DNA of 64,000 nt from Azolla caroliniana. Its lineage: Eukaryota > Plantae > Polypodiophyta. Below the pieces are notes generated by a model. It searched no databases and was not told the origin of the DNA. It saw only the letters and a list, made by a program, of their open reading frames with translations. A program made the translations under genes and the position numbers. The stretch lies in the NCBI GenBank assembly GCA_043228905.1, contig JBHGNT010000002.1, positions 22,258,001 through 22,322,000 on the forward strand, written 5' to 3'. Shown here piece by piece: positions 11,891-24,760 of the stretch. Numbering within the stretch: position 1 is the stretch's first letter; every line of letters starts with the position of its first letter.

Positions 11891-11950
11891 GGGATAAAAG
11901 AAAAGAGGAATAAGAGATTAGTAGGAAATGAGAGAGACAAAAGGTAGGGA

Positions 11951-11962
11951 AAATCGGTTCAA
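11951..11962 (-). promoter_or_regulatory. Self-priming PBS of element 3 (TTGAACCGATTT)
   Basis: Lies 2 nt from the 5' LTR, lacks the TGG start of tRNA PBSs, and is complementary to LTR 12163-12174, which starts 26 nt downstream of TATAAAA (12201-12207). Confidence 0.85.
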
Positions 11963-12314
11963 ACTGTCAGGAACAGTACTAAGACAGAGAAGGAATTAGT
12001 ACTAAAAAGAAGTATTAGTACTAAGAGAGGTGAAGAACTCTCGAGAGAAGGAAAGAGTGAGTGAGAGGGAAGGAGAGAGAGAGAGAGAGTGAGAGTGATG
12101 ATAAGAAAAGATATATATTATGTGAAGAAAATGTACAGTAGTTAGGAGGCTTAAGACTGGCGTTGAACCGATTTGGTTCGAAATAATGCTGTGTGCCTCC
12201 TTTTATAGTGTTCTAAGGAATATTCCTAAAGTTTCTAGAATGTTCCAGAGAAATCTGGAATATACATCAATTTTCTATAATAAAACATAAATGAAAATAA
12301 TATTTTACGTATTA

Positions 12315-12391
12315 CAATGTATAGTCTAATGGTCAAGAGCTCGACCCATGTATCATAAGGTCATGGGTTCGAGTCTTGCCATATCATGACA
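12315..12391 (+). ncRNA. tRNA-like Pol III A-box/B-box cassette at the LTR terminus (second copy at about 7135-7211)
   Basis: TAGTCTAATGG (12322-12332) and GGTTCGAGTC (12366-12375), 44 nt apart as in tRNA; stems are degenerate. Confidence 0.6.
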
Positions 12392-12536
12392 TAGACCTCT
12401 TAGCAAAGAGGCTTAATAAACATATTCATTACTCTTGGTGTCTATATTTATTACCCCATTGTCTATGAGAGCGAGCTTGAGAGAGTGAGAGAGATATCGC
12501 GCTTAATCATCTATTAATCGTTAAGTGAGTGTGAGA

Positions 12537-15500
12537 TTCAGAGGTGTCCGACAACCATCTCCGCCCGATTCGCCATCAAAAGGGTATACACCAGTCCGAA
12601 CTTCGCAAACGACATCGAGGAGCTTACTCCATCGATACATAGATCCTTCACAGCACACTCGATGACAACCTCAAACCTGACCAACACCTCCAAACTAGAA
12701 GATGTATGGTTTGTCGACTCGGGCACATCGAACCACATGACATCCCACGAGGATTGGTTCAAGGAGCTATGAAAGCCCAAACGACTCGGCTATGTGGAAA
12801 CTGGGGATGACACAATTCACCCCATTTAGCATATCGGCAATGTCCCATTTGGGGAAGAATGCAACCAAACATACATCAAGAACGTTTTGCATGTTCCTAC
12901 AATAACAAAGAACCTGGTCTCAATTGGCCAAATAGTCAAACAAGGCATGCAAGTCCGCTTCAACGATAGAGGACGCTTCATCGAAAAAGAAGGCTGACTC
13001 ATCGCTAAGGGTCAGAGAGAAGGTTGGATGTTCATCCTCGACTCTCACGAGATGAACTCGGCAATGTATGCCAAGGGCTAGAGAGTCGTTGCCGACATAG
13101 AGTTGGGGCACAAGAGGATAGGCCTCATCAATTTCCAAAAGCTCAAGGGAATGCAGTCAAAAGGAGTTGTCACCGGACTCTCGACCTTCACCAAACATTG
13201 CATGCGTGTGCGAAGCTTGTCAATTCGGCAAACAACACCGACAACCATTCCCAAATAAGAGGAACACAAGCAAAGGGATCCTGGATGTAATACATTCAGA
13301 TGCATAGGGACCAGTCCAGACGGCAACATTTGGTGGTTTCTGGTACTACGTAACGTTCATCAACGACTTCTCCAGACATATCTGGATATACCCCATGCGG
13401 TAGAAGAGCGAAGTGTTCATACACTTCCAAAGGTTCAAAAACGAAGTCGAAAAGGCCACCAGTCGGCATGTCTAATGCCTTCGATCGAACGGCGGCAAGG
13501 AGTACTTCTCCGATGCCTTTACAACATATCTTCGACAAGAAGGAATCCGACGAGAGTTTACCTACCGACACACACCTCAACAGAACGGAGTAGCCGAACG
13601 CAAGAATCGGCACATACTCAAGGTGGCACGGGCAATTGTGATGAAAGAGAAACATCTACCAAAGTCATATTGGGCTGAAGTGGCGAATACAGCCATTTAT
13701 CTTATGAATCACTGCACAACATCAGGAGTGCACGAAGTTACCCCTTGCAAAAAGTTCTATGGGAAGAAACCGAATCTATCTCATGTCAGGATATTCGGTT
13801 CAATTGCATATGTACATATTCCCAACTACCTGCGGCAGAAGCTCGATCTCAAGTCGAAGAAATGTATACTCGTAGGGTACTCACTCAAGCAAAAAGGGTA
13901 TAAGTGCTTCAATCCTTCCACCAAGAAGGTACGAGTGCGTAGGGATGTAGTATTCGACGAGTCAGCATCCTGGTATACAATCGAATCAGCCCCATCCGAA
14001 GCAATCAAAACCAAGTTCGATACATATGCAGAGGAGGATGATCGATCAAGGTTCACGTAAGAGGAAAGTCCAATCGCAACCAGATTGAGTGGACCACAAG
14101 AGCCTCCAAGAAACCAAAGCACGTCGTGGCCGAGTCTGAAACAGGATAAAGGCCAAAATGCTTGAGTACAAATACTCAATTGGAAATGAATCAACTCACT
14201 TATCCGACAGTGAGTTTGGTAGATTGGATGTGCCCATCATGAGGACACCAGGAGAACCACGTCGATCCACCCGAGAAAAGAACTTAGTCAGCTGATTCCG
14301 CTACAACGACTACATGGCATATCATTATGCATTCATGATGAAGGTGTTGACAGTCCGAGAACCGGAAAACTATTCTGAAGCCACGAAGGACCCTAGATGG
14401 GTCGAAGCGATGGATGAGGAGATGCAAGCACTCTCCAAGAACGAGACATGGGATCTCATCCCTTCCTCAAACCACCAAAAGGAAATTGGATGACGATGGA
14501 TCTTCAAAATAAAGCACAATGCCAACGACACTATCTATCGATACAAGGCTCGGCTTGTGGCAAAGGGGTACGCGCAAACGCACGGTGTCGACTAAGAAGA
14601 GACCTTTGCCCCGGTGGCAAAGATGACTACAATTCGAACCGTGATCATGCTTGCAGCAACAAAAGGGTGGCATCTCCACCAAATGGATATAAAGAACGCC
14701 TTTCTACAAGGCAAGTTAGATGAAGAGGTGTACATGGTGAAACCACCCGTATTCGTGTCGACTACACATCTGAATGTTGTCTGCCGACTCAAAAAGCCTC
14801 TCTACGACCTAAAGCAAGCACCGAGAGCATGGCATTCGAAGATAACGCAATATCTTCGTCAAATCGGCTTCAATATGCCCAAGTCCGAAAACTCTTTGTT
14901 CATCCGGAGTGACTCCAGAGGACAGGTATTTATCATCATTTATGTGGATGATTTGGTCATAGGAGGATAGCATTTAGCGGATATTGAGTACATCAAGAAG
15001 CTCCTCTCCAGCCGATTCGAAATGGCCGATATGAAGGAGCTTCATTACTTTCTAGGAATAGAAGTAATTTGGACTCCAGACGGTATAATGCTTTCTCAAA
15101 AGCATTATACCCTCAATCTTCTTTACAAGTTTGGGATGACACAGTGTAAGCCCGTCACTACCCCTCTTGATCGAAATCTAAAGCTAGATGTCGACTCAGG
15201 CACTAGAGAGTGTGAGCCAACGCATTATCATCAACTAGTCGGAAACCTCATCTACCTCACACTTACCCGGCCCAACCTAAGTTACCCAATCAGCCTCCTT
15301 AGCCTATTTATGCAAACTTTGTGAGACATCCATCTCGACTGTGCTAAGTGAGTGCTAAGGTATGTGAGTGGAACCATGGATTTCGGCATCCTTTACAAAT
15401 CAGCCACACCAATACGACTCGAAGGTTATACCGATGCCGACTGGGCCGACTACAGAGCCGACCGACGATTGACATCCGGATTTGTCTTTTCTCTCGGCAG

Positions 15501-16317
15501 TGGCACCATATCGTGGAGTAGTAAGAAACAACCGACAATCGCATTGTCGAGCATCGAAGCTGAATATAGGAGCGCAGTCGTAGCCGCATGCGAAGTTGTT
15601 TGGCTTAAGAGAATCTTGAAGGATCTGGGTGTTCCCATCAAGGATCAGATTCTCGTCTACAGCAACAACATGAGCAATATTCACCTCACTCGAAACGCAG
15701 TCTTCCATGCTAGAACTAAGCACATTGAAGTGCACTATCACTTCATCCGAGAGCGTGTTCTGGCTGGGGATGTCGGCCTACAATACATCAACACAAACCT
15801 GCAGATGGCCGACATCATCACCAAGGCCCTAGGAGTCGACAACTTGCGGCAGTTCACGACCAACCTAGGTCTTTCAACCATCGACCAGCCGAGCTTGAGG
15901 GGGAGCAATAGAACTACGCAGTCGAAGCCGGAGTCGTCGGAGTCGTCTAGCCGTGTCACAAAAACGACCTGAAGACCAATCTAAACCAACCATCCAGAAG
16001 CCGAAGCTGGAAGTTGTGTTTGAAGGGGCGTGTTGAGAATCAAACTCAACTTCCGTGACTGGGAACACACTCTAGGATACTCAAGTGTGTGAACACCCCA
16101 CCTCCTTGTATAGTGACTAGTGTGTAATAGAAGTTAATGTCCTCTGACACATATTCCTTAGGTAGTTAAGACACAACCTCTTTCCCAAGAGGTTGTACTA
16201 GTGGGAGAACTTAGAGAGAAGGTGACTACATAAGCACCTTCTCCCTCTCGTTGTAAATGTTGGTCATTCTTGCTTCCTCGTAATATAGTTTTTCTGATTT
16301 TTCTGTAATCGTGAGCT

Positions 16318-16354
<37 letters not shown>

Positions 16355-16393
16355 CAATTCTTCCGTTGCACAGAATCCATCTGATTCTTTACA
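12537..16393 (+). mobile_element. Decayed Ty1/copia: protease, integrase, RT, RNase H and 3' LTR
   Basis: WFVDSGTSNHM; YWAEVANTAIYL; QMDIKNAFLQG; IYVDDL; GYTDADWA; RTKHIEVHYHF; many stops; PPT before the LTR at 16031-16393 (TG...CA). Confidence 0.9.
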
Positions 16394-16989
16394 TTATTTC
16401 TAGATTTCATCAAGTGTGCCTAATTTTTTGTTATTTCGGCACCTAAGCAATCAGAACAAGTGTTGAATACATCATAGCATAAACATAATGAGTTTTTGGA
16501 TAAAGTCTAAATCATAAATCCTAAATTAGTGTTGTGACATAACCTAGGCCATAAACCACTACTCTGATAAACACTAAAGCCAATATATAGAAAGTAAAGA
16601 GACATGTCGAGGGAAGACGAATGAAGCAGAGTTATCAAATCATACACCTATGTTCAAGGCACAAGCGTGCGGTGAATACCTAAGATGCAAAGTTTTCGAA
16701 TCTGAAACAGGCTTGGTTGGATGAGGAAGAAGCGCCTAAATACAGTAATCATTTACTACACACTAAATTAAACATGAGGGGAAAATAGCCCCCAAAATGG
16801 TAAAAACATGCAGCAACCGTTTTCCCCCCATTCCCTATCTTTAATGGTACATGTACTACCCCACCCCACTCCCTAAAAAGATTTTAATTTTATTCATTTT
16901 TTTTACAATTACTTAGTACTAACAGTACAACAAGTACTCGTGTTTTTTTTGTGCCCAAAACAATACCTTTTTGGTACACCATAGCATGC

Positions 16990-17250
16990 TTCAACCCCGA
17001 AATCAACTGGTTCGGCTTTGCTTGAGCCTTGCCAAACCGATTAAGCCGTTGATGTGGTTTACTAGTTAGGTTAAAGAAAAACTTCAAAAGTTAGAAATTA
17101 GTTAGAAACTTGAACCGGTTTAGTCTAAACCAGTTTAGGGATCGGTTTGGTTTGGTTTGGTTTGGTTCATATTTGAGAACCCAACAACGGTTTAGGCTTA
17201 ACCTGTTTGGCTTGGATAAGGCCAAACCGGTTAAGCCTAAACCGAATCGT
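16990..17250. mobile_element. AAACCG/CGGTTT-rich subterminal-repeat fragment of a DNA transposon or MITE
   Basis: Dense AAACC(G)/GGTTT motifs in both orientations; no TIR pair established. Confidence 0.45.
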
Positions 17251-18686
17251 TGCCATTCCCTAGCATCTATCTCCATGGATTTCATCACCGACTTACCTCT
17301 AGTCAGAAGGTTTAACTCTATGTTTGTAATAGTCAACCATTTTACCAAGATGGCTCACTTTTCCCCTTGTGCCGAAACAATCTCGAGAGAAGAGACAAAG
17401 GATCTATTTTAGAAAATGTCATTCAACTACATGGGCTACCAAAGGACAGGAGACTTTATATCAAGGATCTCAATTCACCGAGTCTCATTTATGGAGATGT
17501 CTCCTCCAAACATTCGACACTTTGTCGGCATATCATCTACAAACTGATATCTAAACAAAGCGGGTAAACCAAATTCTCGAACAATCCTTTCGTTGTTTGT
17601 CAACCACCAACAAGAGGATTGGATCAACCTATCCCTAATTGCAGAGTTTGCCTACAACAACTCGCTACATGGGTTGACCGACGTTACCCTGTTTTTTGTA
17701 AACTATGGCATATACCATTGCTTAGCATTTCCATCCCCTCCAACTTTGTAAGCCCTTTCGCAAAAGGACAAGACCATAACTTGGAGGATATATATTCGAC
17801 CTATCCTTGGAGCTCACCCTTGTCGGTGAACAATATAAGGATTGGGTCGATTGTCTTCAATAATATATCCCCAGCTTTGAAGTTGATGATTTAGTTTGGT
17901 TCCTACGCCAAAATATTTCCACCACTCACCCTTCCACAAAGTTGGATTACAAGAAGCTTGGATCTTTCCAAATTATCGAGAAAAACAACCTTGTTGTTTT
18001 TCGCTTCGAAATCCTTTTACATGTTAGGACATTTTAGGGTTTATGATGTCTTTCATCTATCCCTTCTTGAACCTCACCATCCATCTTAGATTCCAAGACT
18101 CCATCCTTCTCCTCCTATACAAGTTGAATTGTCAACATGGGAGGAGTATGAGGTCGACAAGATACTCAATTATTTCCTCCTTCTTCGATAGTTACTTCAA
18201 TACCTTGCTCTATGCAAAGGATAGCCCATCTCAAAAGCAACATGGGAGGTGACCAAGAATTTAAAGAATGTGGCTGATGTAGTCTGCGATTTTCATCAAC
18301 GATATCAACGGAATCAAAGCAAAGACAAAGTTTTCGAGGTGGGGGTTAAAGGGAGGATAATGTCAAGGAAAGGAATTGAGCCTCCAACCTCCCCTATCAT
18401 AACCAACGTTCATAGCCAATACATCTCCACACATCATAATAATCTTTAGAACGTTCCAAAAACTTTCAAAGCATACATTCTAGAAATATTTGAAAAGTTC
18501 TAGAAACTTCTCAAGGATGCATGCACATGTAGTGCTCAAGAACATGTATAAATATACAATTGTTCATCTTGATCCCAATCAATACCAATTACGGAATCAC
18601 AAGTATAATTCATTCTTCTTCTCTCAATATCTTGTCTGGATCACATTCCTTGTTTCCCTTTTGTTCTATTCTAACTATCTGCGACA
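17250..18686 (+). mobile_element. Decayed Tcn1-like chromovirus 3' end (element 4): integrase and chromodomain remnants, PPT, 3' LTR
   Basis: SISMDFITDLP; KLDYKKLG; EEYEVDKIL remnants; PPT GGGAGGATAA, then LTR at 18361-18686 (TGTCA...CGACA). Confidence 0.85.
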
Positions 18687-20029
18687 GTGGAACCCAAGCT
18701 ACAACTCAAATCAACACTCGATGGTATGGTATATCAAAGAGGTTTGGGTTCGTCTCACACCATCACTAAGGTGTGGTCGGTTGGTTTAGCATTGCTCTTT
18801 CCTTTCTTTGGTCCATAGTTCTTTATGTTTCGCTTAAATAATTAGTTAGATTGCAACAACACCTAAAAGAAGAACAGAGATCTAAGGCATAAAGAAAAAA
18901 ACAATTATAGGTCTAAAAAAAAAATATTCCCTCATTTGTAAAAAAAAACTTTAACCGGGTAGCATATCACAAGACTTATGAAGTCCAAGCACCAAAGTGT
19001 TATCAATTGTAAATTTTCCACATTAAAGCACTTATTGTTAAACTAAGGGCCCATCTAAGAAGGAAAGAAGAGGTGCATATAAAAGAAAAAGGGAGAATTT
19101 GCTTTTAATCAACAAGAGAGCTCATACGAGGGCTCTAAAATGGGACAAGAGATTCATTTTTTAGTTCACAATATTTGAAGATTGAATACCTAAGTTTTAC
19201 GTAAAAAGAACTTTGATGGAGGTAAGCGAATCAGAAGGTGTGCATGGGAGAATTATGACAACCCAGGCACTAAAGTCGTTGACCACAAACTTTCCAAGCC
19301 AAATCATTGACATCCCACAAATGAAAATGAGTACCAAGCCTCTACTTGAGAATGGTTAAGGGGGAGATTAGGTTTGGTTGAGGATAATCTAGACACTTAA
19401 GAAATTGTAGACAAGTAGGTAATCACACATAGTACACAATTAAATTGTAGTAAAGTGAGAGAAAGAAACCTCGAGTATTTGTATTTAATGGGAAGACTTA
19501 CCTCCCATTAAATGTCATGGTAGAGGATAGGAGATGATCGATTTGGAATTACATGGGACCTTCTAAATTTTTGAAACTTTCACCTTGCCATAGTATTCCA
19601 ACCAAGTAACTTATTTGGCAATTTCATACAAATCCCTCAATCAATGAGTGTACTATTGTTTATATCCATATTTAATTTCTAATTTCAAGAAAAACCAGCA
19701 TTCAAGAAGTAACTGTTAATCTTCCATTTATTATCAAACTAATTTTTTATCTTTGGAATATTCTTTCACTCTCTCCACGGGTTAGGTTGTTAAGTACTTG
19801 CCATCTGGGACATGACCCACAAAGACAGTAGCACCAAAATACACATAAAGCTCAAAGGAATACTAAAAAGGGGGTTAGAGGAAATCACATACAAAAGTAG
19901 AGGCCCAACCTTATTGTAAAAAGCTATAAAAGTCACCTAATGGTGACTTTAGTAGCTATTCTTCATCCTTCGGTTTTCTCCTTTCATATCACCTTAATTA
20001 GAGCTCTAACCTCTTAATTAGGAATGCAC

Positions 20030-20900
20030 GATCGTCTTTGAACTCCTCAAGGAATTTCTAGCCAAAGCACTCATCCTCCAGTCCCTTGAGTGGGACAAGG
20101 AATTCCACGTTCACACAGATGCGTCTGCTTTTATGGTCGGAGGGGTCTTCACCCAATCCAAGGAAACCTTGAGTTTTCCAATAACTTTCGTTAGCCACCA
20201 AGCAAATTTACTCTACAATGGAGTGAGAGGCGCTCACAATGATATATGGAGCCAAGAAATTCTAGCACTACCTCATGGCGTGTCACTTTTGTTTTTACAT
20301 TGACCATCAAGCTCCGTTATATTTCGTCAATAAGGCACATACCACAAGGAGGATGTCAAGTTGGATCATCACACTCTTTGAAGTTGACATTAAGGTCATC
20401 ATGAGGAAAGTCAAAGAACATATACTCACCAATCATTTCTCATAACTCCTAAGTGGTAAACCAACAACAAGCATTGACGATGGAGCATTAGACAATGCAC
20501 CTTTGACAATTGACATAAGCCAATGTAAGCTTCAGACATGGTGTAGGTGCTAATCTTCTAAAATAGATAAACAAAACCATCGCACTGGTGTTACTAAGGA
20601 AGTGTAGACCATTCACCATGATTAGAGGGAATCTACAAATATGAGGCAGTGGTGACATCCTCCAAAGATGTGTTGTATTTATCATGACATGATAGCAATC
20701 ACAAAATGCGCACACTTTGGGGTGGGAGAGATCACTTTAGACATGAAGTTACTGCACAAAAGATCCTCCACGCATGCATTGTGGTGGCCTACACTTTTCA
20801 AGGATACTTACAATAAGTCAAACATTGCGACGAGTGCCATAGCACAAACACTCCCATCGAAGAAGGGATATTCATGCTTCACACAAAGTCTCAATGTATG
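20030..20900 (+). pseudogene. Highly decayed Ty3 RNase H/integrase remnant
   Basis: EWDKEFHVHTDASAF, YIDHQAPLY and LWWPTLFKD recognisable across frameshifts. Confidence 0.65.
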
Positions 20901-22395
20901 GATAAAGCATACACATATGACCTCAACCTTTTAGGTGCTCGTAGAGGAATCTATTAACATCATGTAGAAAGAGTTATGCATCTCATCTTCCACAACATTT
21001 CTTTGAATATTGCATTCACAAAGAACACAAATTTTTGCTTGTGTGTCTTTTGAACCTTTTTACTTTGAGCCCTCAAATTTTTTCAAAACAACATCGTGAA
21101 ATCCACATCTTGACCAATTAAGGATAAATGCACAATTATAAGAAATTTGTTTAATCGCTAAGCATGTACTTAGCCATCTCTTCCATGCTCTTAATCTTAA
21201 TAGGAAATGATCCCATCTTAGAAATAGTAGCATGTATGGTATTTGTAGCTTGTCTTGAAGAACCTTTTTAAGAAAACACTTTCAGACATGTTCAAACTCT
21301 TAAGTTATCTTAGGCATGTCACCATCCCATACTTAAGCCCCATAGAGAGATATTGTCTTTCTTTTTTTCTTGAAAGATTTTCTTCAGTAGTATTAAAAAA
21401 ACTCTGAAAGGCGAGAGATATTGTCTTATTCTAGCTTAAAACTTGATATAAGAACTTGCAACTAGGCAACTTATGAATTGATCAATCCCCATCTTTGAGT
21501 GATGGCTTTTTCTTACAAATGCATGGCAAATACACGTAAGAGGTTGGTTCAAAATCATATGTATGAATCAAAGAAGTTTTTCATAAATATTGAAAGGTTT
21601 AATTCATAAATATTACTTAATGGGAGTCTAATCTTGCATTATTATAGTACAATTCGAGCTAATGAAACACCAACTTGTACAAGTTTTTCGACACTATGAG
21701 TACTCTATTTTATTGTCGTACCATGCATACACACTTATTGGCATCATAAGGGATATTCTCAATTTAAGCTATGCCAACTTAAGAAGTTAATAGAAAGACT
21801 CGAAACAATGTATCTTAATTGTACTTTCATATAAATCTTGAATTTTGAGAAAAAAATTTCAAAGGCTCTTTTGAGACACTCTAAAGTGTCTTGCTTTTTA
21901 GAGAGTTTCAAGAAGGGGCAAAATATAAAAGTAATTGCGATGAACCAACCCATAAAGGGACTAGTCATAACTCATAAAGTAGGGTCCACTGACACATGCA
22001 CATGCTCTTTGTCTCTCTCTCTCTTTCACACACTCATTGATTGACACACACATTCATCCAGTTGTCTACTGTCTCTAGTTGATCTTATGCTCAAATAATC
22101 TATTCAAACAAATGATGATCACAGCTCATGAATATCTACAATTTAAAGGTGTTGTGGTAGCTAGCCTAGACTTTAGATAGAGATGACACGCATGGGCATG
22201 CCGCATAATACAACTGTGTGTGTCAGTAACATGGGGGTTAAGGGGCGTGATGACTACAAGCACAAATACAATAAGACTAGATAATGTAAGGCATAAATAC
22301 ATGGATATGTAGAAGCTTGAACCACACATCATACATATATCTCTACACATACATAGTCCAAAAACAAACTCATAACAACAAAGAAAGAAGATAAA

Positions 22396-22462
<67 letters not shown>

Positions 22463-23654
22463 CGTAGACATGATCTATTCCGTACCATTCTCTTTTGGCT
22501 GGTTGTCCGGAAAAAATGCACACTCATTTCAATTTAGCTTTGTACAACTTTTTGTTATTTAGCCTTCATACCCTCCCCCACCTCTATCAAACATGTAACT
22601 AATCAATTAGGTTAATACTTTCAATGATTGGCTTAACGATAAATCAATTTCGAATCGTTTTCTAGAATACTCGTACTTCTACTACCTCTTAGACAAGAAA
22701 GGGTATCTACCAAATGTTGAAGGTGCTTAACGGGCATTCAAGCATTTTGTAATAATTTAGGGCTATTTTGGTGAGCTTTGTTTGATTGATTACTTCATTT
22801 ACTTCAAGAAATTACTAATTGCTCCTTAATCTCCAAATAATTTGATATCTCCATGAGCTCTTTGTTTGCTCAACGGCAACATGGGAAATAACAGAAACTT
22901 ATTGGAAATAACAAACACCCATGAGCATTTCCTCATACTTGACCTTAAGATTTCGTTATTTCTCCCAAAACCCACCTCTCCATGCCCTCGAAATTGGAGA
23001 AACGAGTCCATATAATTGAGAAAAGGGCAGGGGTGGATGGATTTAACCATATATAAGTTGCTCAAATAGCACTTATTGTAGAATACAATGATTGAGAAAA
23101 AGGAGAAAAATTGACCATATAACTGCTCAAATACTACATATGATTGCTCGAGAGGGTATTGACCATGGAACTTCAAGGTCCTAGGGATACACATAAAAAG
23201 CTTAGAGGCCTCTCTACGTTCTTCCCTAACATAAACGCTTGACATTTAAATCATTTTTTATATCATTAATAATTAAAGTTTCACCCAATTATATTAATCC
23301 TCATTCATAGAATACAATTGTATCAATAAAACATAGTTGTGTTTGACGATCTTCATGGTTCCATGTTTAATATAGACATAAATGCCATGCTCCTTGTCCA
23401 TAATATCAAATAATATTTGTTCTTTAAGGCTCTCCTTGCCAAAAGCTTAAATATCCACATTAAGTTGGGGCACAAATTTCTAAATGATCTCCTTTACACA
23501 TGTTCCTTCACATGAAACCAATGTAAAAGACAATTGCCCCCAACTTGGGGAAAAGACTTCTCTTAGAGCATTTTATCATTACAAGTTAAAGGAAAGTTTA
23601 CCATCCTCTAATACACCTATCAAACGTTTTTTGAGACCTATCGCCGCACACATT

Positions 23655-23970
23655 TCTCATTCAAGTCACAAATGCAAGGTTCCTAACAATTGAGAGTCTT
23701 GCTTGTAAACTCCCACAATCACATCCCAACACACATCTAGCGATCAAGACAAACACACATTTTTTAATCAAGTCACAAAAATGTGAGGTTCCTAATGATC
23801 AAGAGTCAATTATCAACTCCAACTAATAAACATATCCTAACACACATTTGTCACTTAGTGAAAATGCCCAACGATCAAGAGTCATTCATCAACTCCCCCC
23901 AACAATCTTATGCCCCACACACATCTCTAAATCAAGTCACAAATGCAAGGTTCCTAACGATTGAGAGTGG
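23655..23970 (+). repeat. Degenerate repeat of TCAAGTCACAAATGCAAGGTTCCTAA...GAGAGT, at least 3 copies
   Basis: Copies at about 23661, 23768 and 23932. Confidence 0.6.
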
Positions 23971-24760
23971 ATCATCGATGACTTCCCCATTGATCCATAT
24001 TCCATTTATGGATAGCTCTAAGAAAACAAAACCCAACTCTCTATGGAGAATCCGAACTACACAAGAATAGATCTTTTGGAAGGGGGCAATAATCATAGTA
24101 ACTCTGGCTCTAAAGAAAACAATGTGACCTACAATTGGTTTATGTTGGGAGGTCTATTTGGGGGGGGGGGGGGGGGGGGTGTAAATAAAATACGAGTGAC
24201 CTAATTCAAATTCCTTAATTTGACATACAATTATGTAGATAGTAGATTTAAAAGGACAAAATCTCAAGATTTTAAAAGGACAAAATCTGAATTTAAATAG
24301 TGGAGGAAGCAAAATTACAAAATAAGAAAAAAGATCACTAAAAAAACATTTCAAGATACATAGTTCTTCCACAACAAATTGATTAAAATGATGGATGGTA
24401 ATGGTACATTGGACACCACCTAAGAGCGCCGCCCTCCTGCAATTATTGTACAAAAAAATGCAGATGCAAACTCGGAAGGGCACCAAAAGAGGGATGAGAG
24501 AGATGAGAGAGAGAGAGAGTGTGTGTGTGTGTGTGTGTGTGTGTGATAGGGGGGCGGTGGTGGGGGGGGAATGCAAAAGAAAGGAGGAACACATGCATTA
24601 GGAGAAGAACAAAGGAAACCCTAACAAGAACTTAGAGAAGGGAAACTAGCTAAACAGCTATTATAGCATGAACAAAAGGAACCCTAACAAGAAGAAGGGG
24701 GGAGGGGGAGAATAGCATGAGTTGGGATGAGGATTGAGGCATATATATTTTCAGTTGAGT

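Larger units (their letters stand above)
6757..12391 (-). mobile_element. Full-length Tcn1-like chromovirus (element 3) with paired LTRs and a 5-bp TSD
   Basis: LTRs at 6757-7211 and 11965-12391 (TG...CA, about 9 substitutions by eye); TSD TAGAC at 6752-6756 and 12392-12396; minus-strand PPT AAAGGGGGGATAG next to 7211. Confidence 0.96.

Noticed and set aside
12315-12391. Functional tRNA gene
   Set aside because: Acceptor, anticodon and T stems do not pair properly. Only the promoter boxes and spacing are tRNA-like. The same applies to the 59.5-59.8 kb copies.
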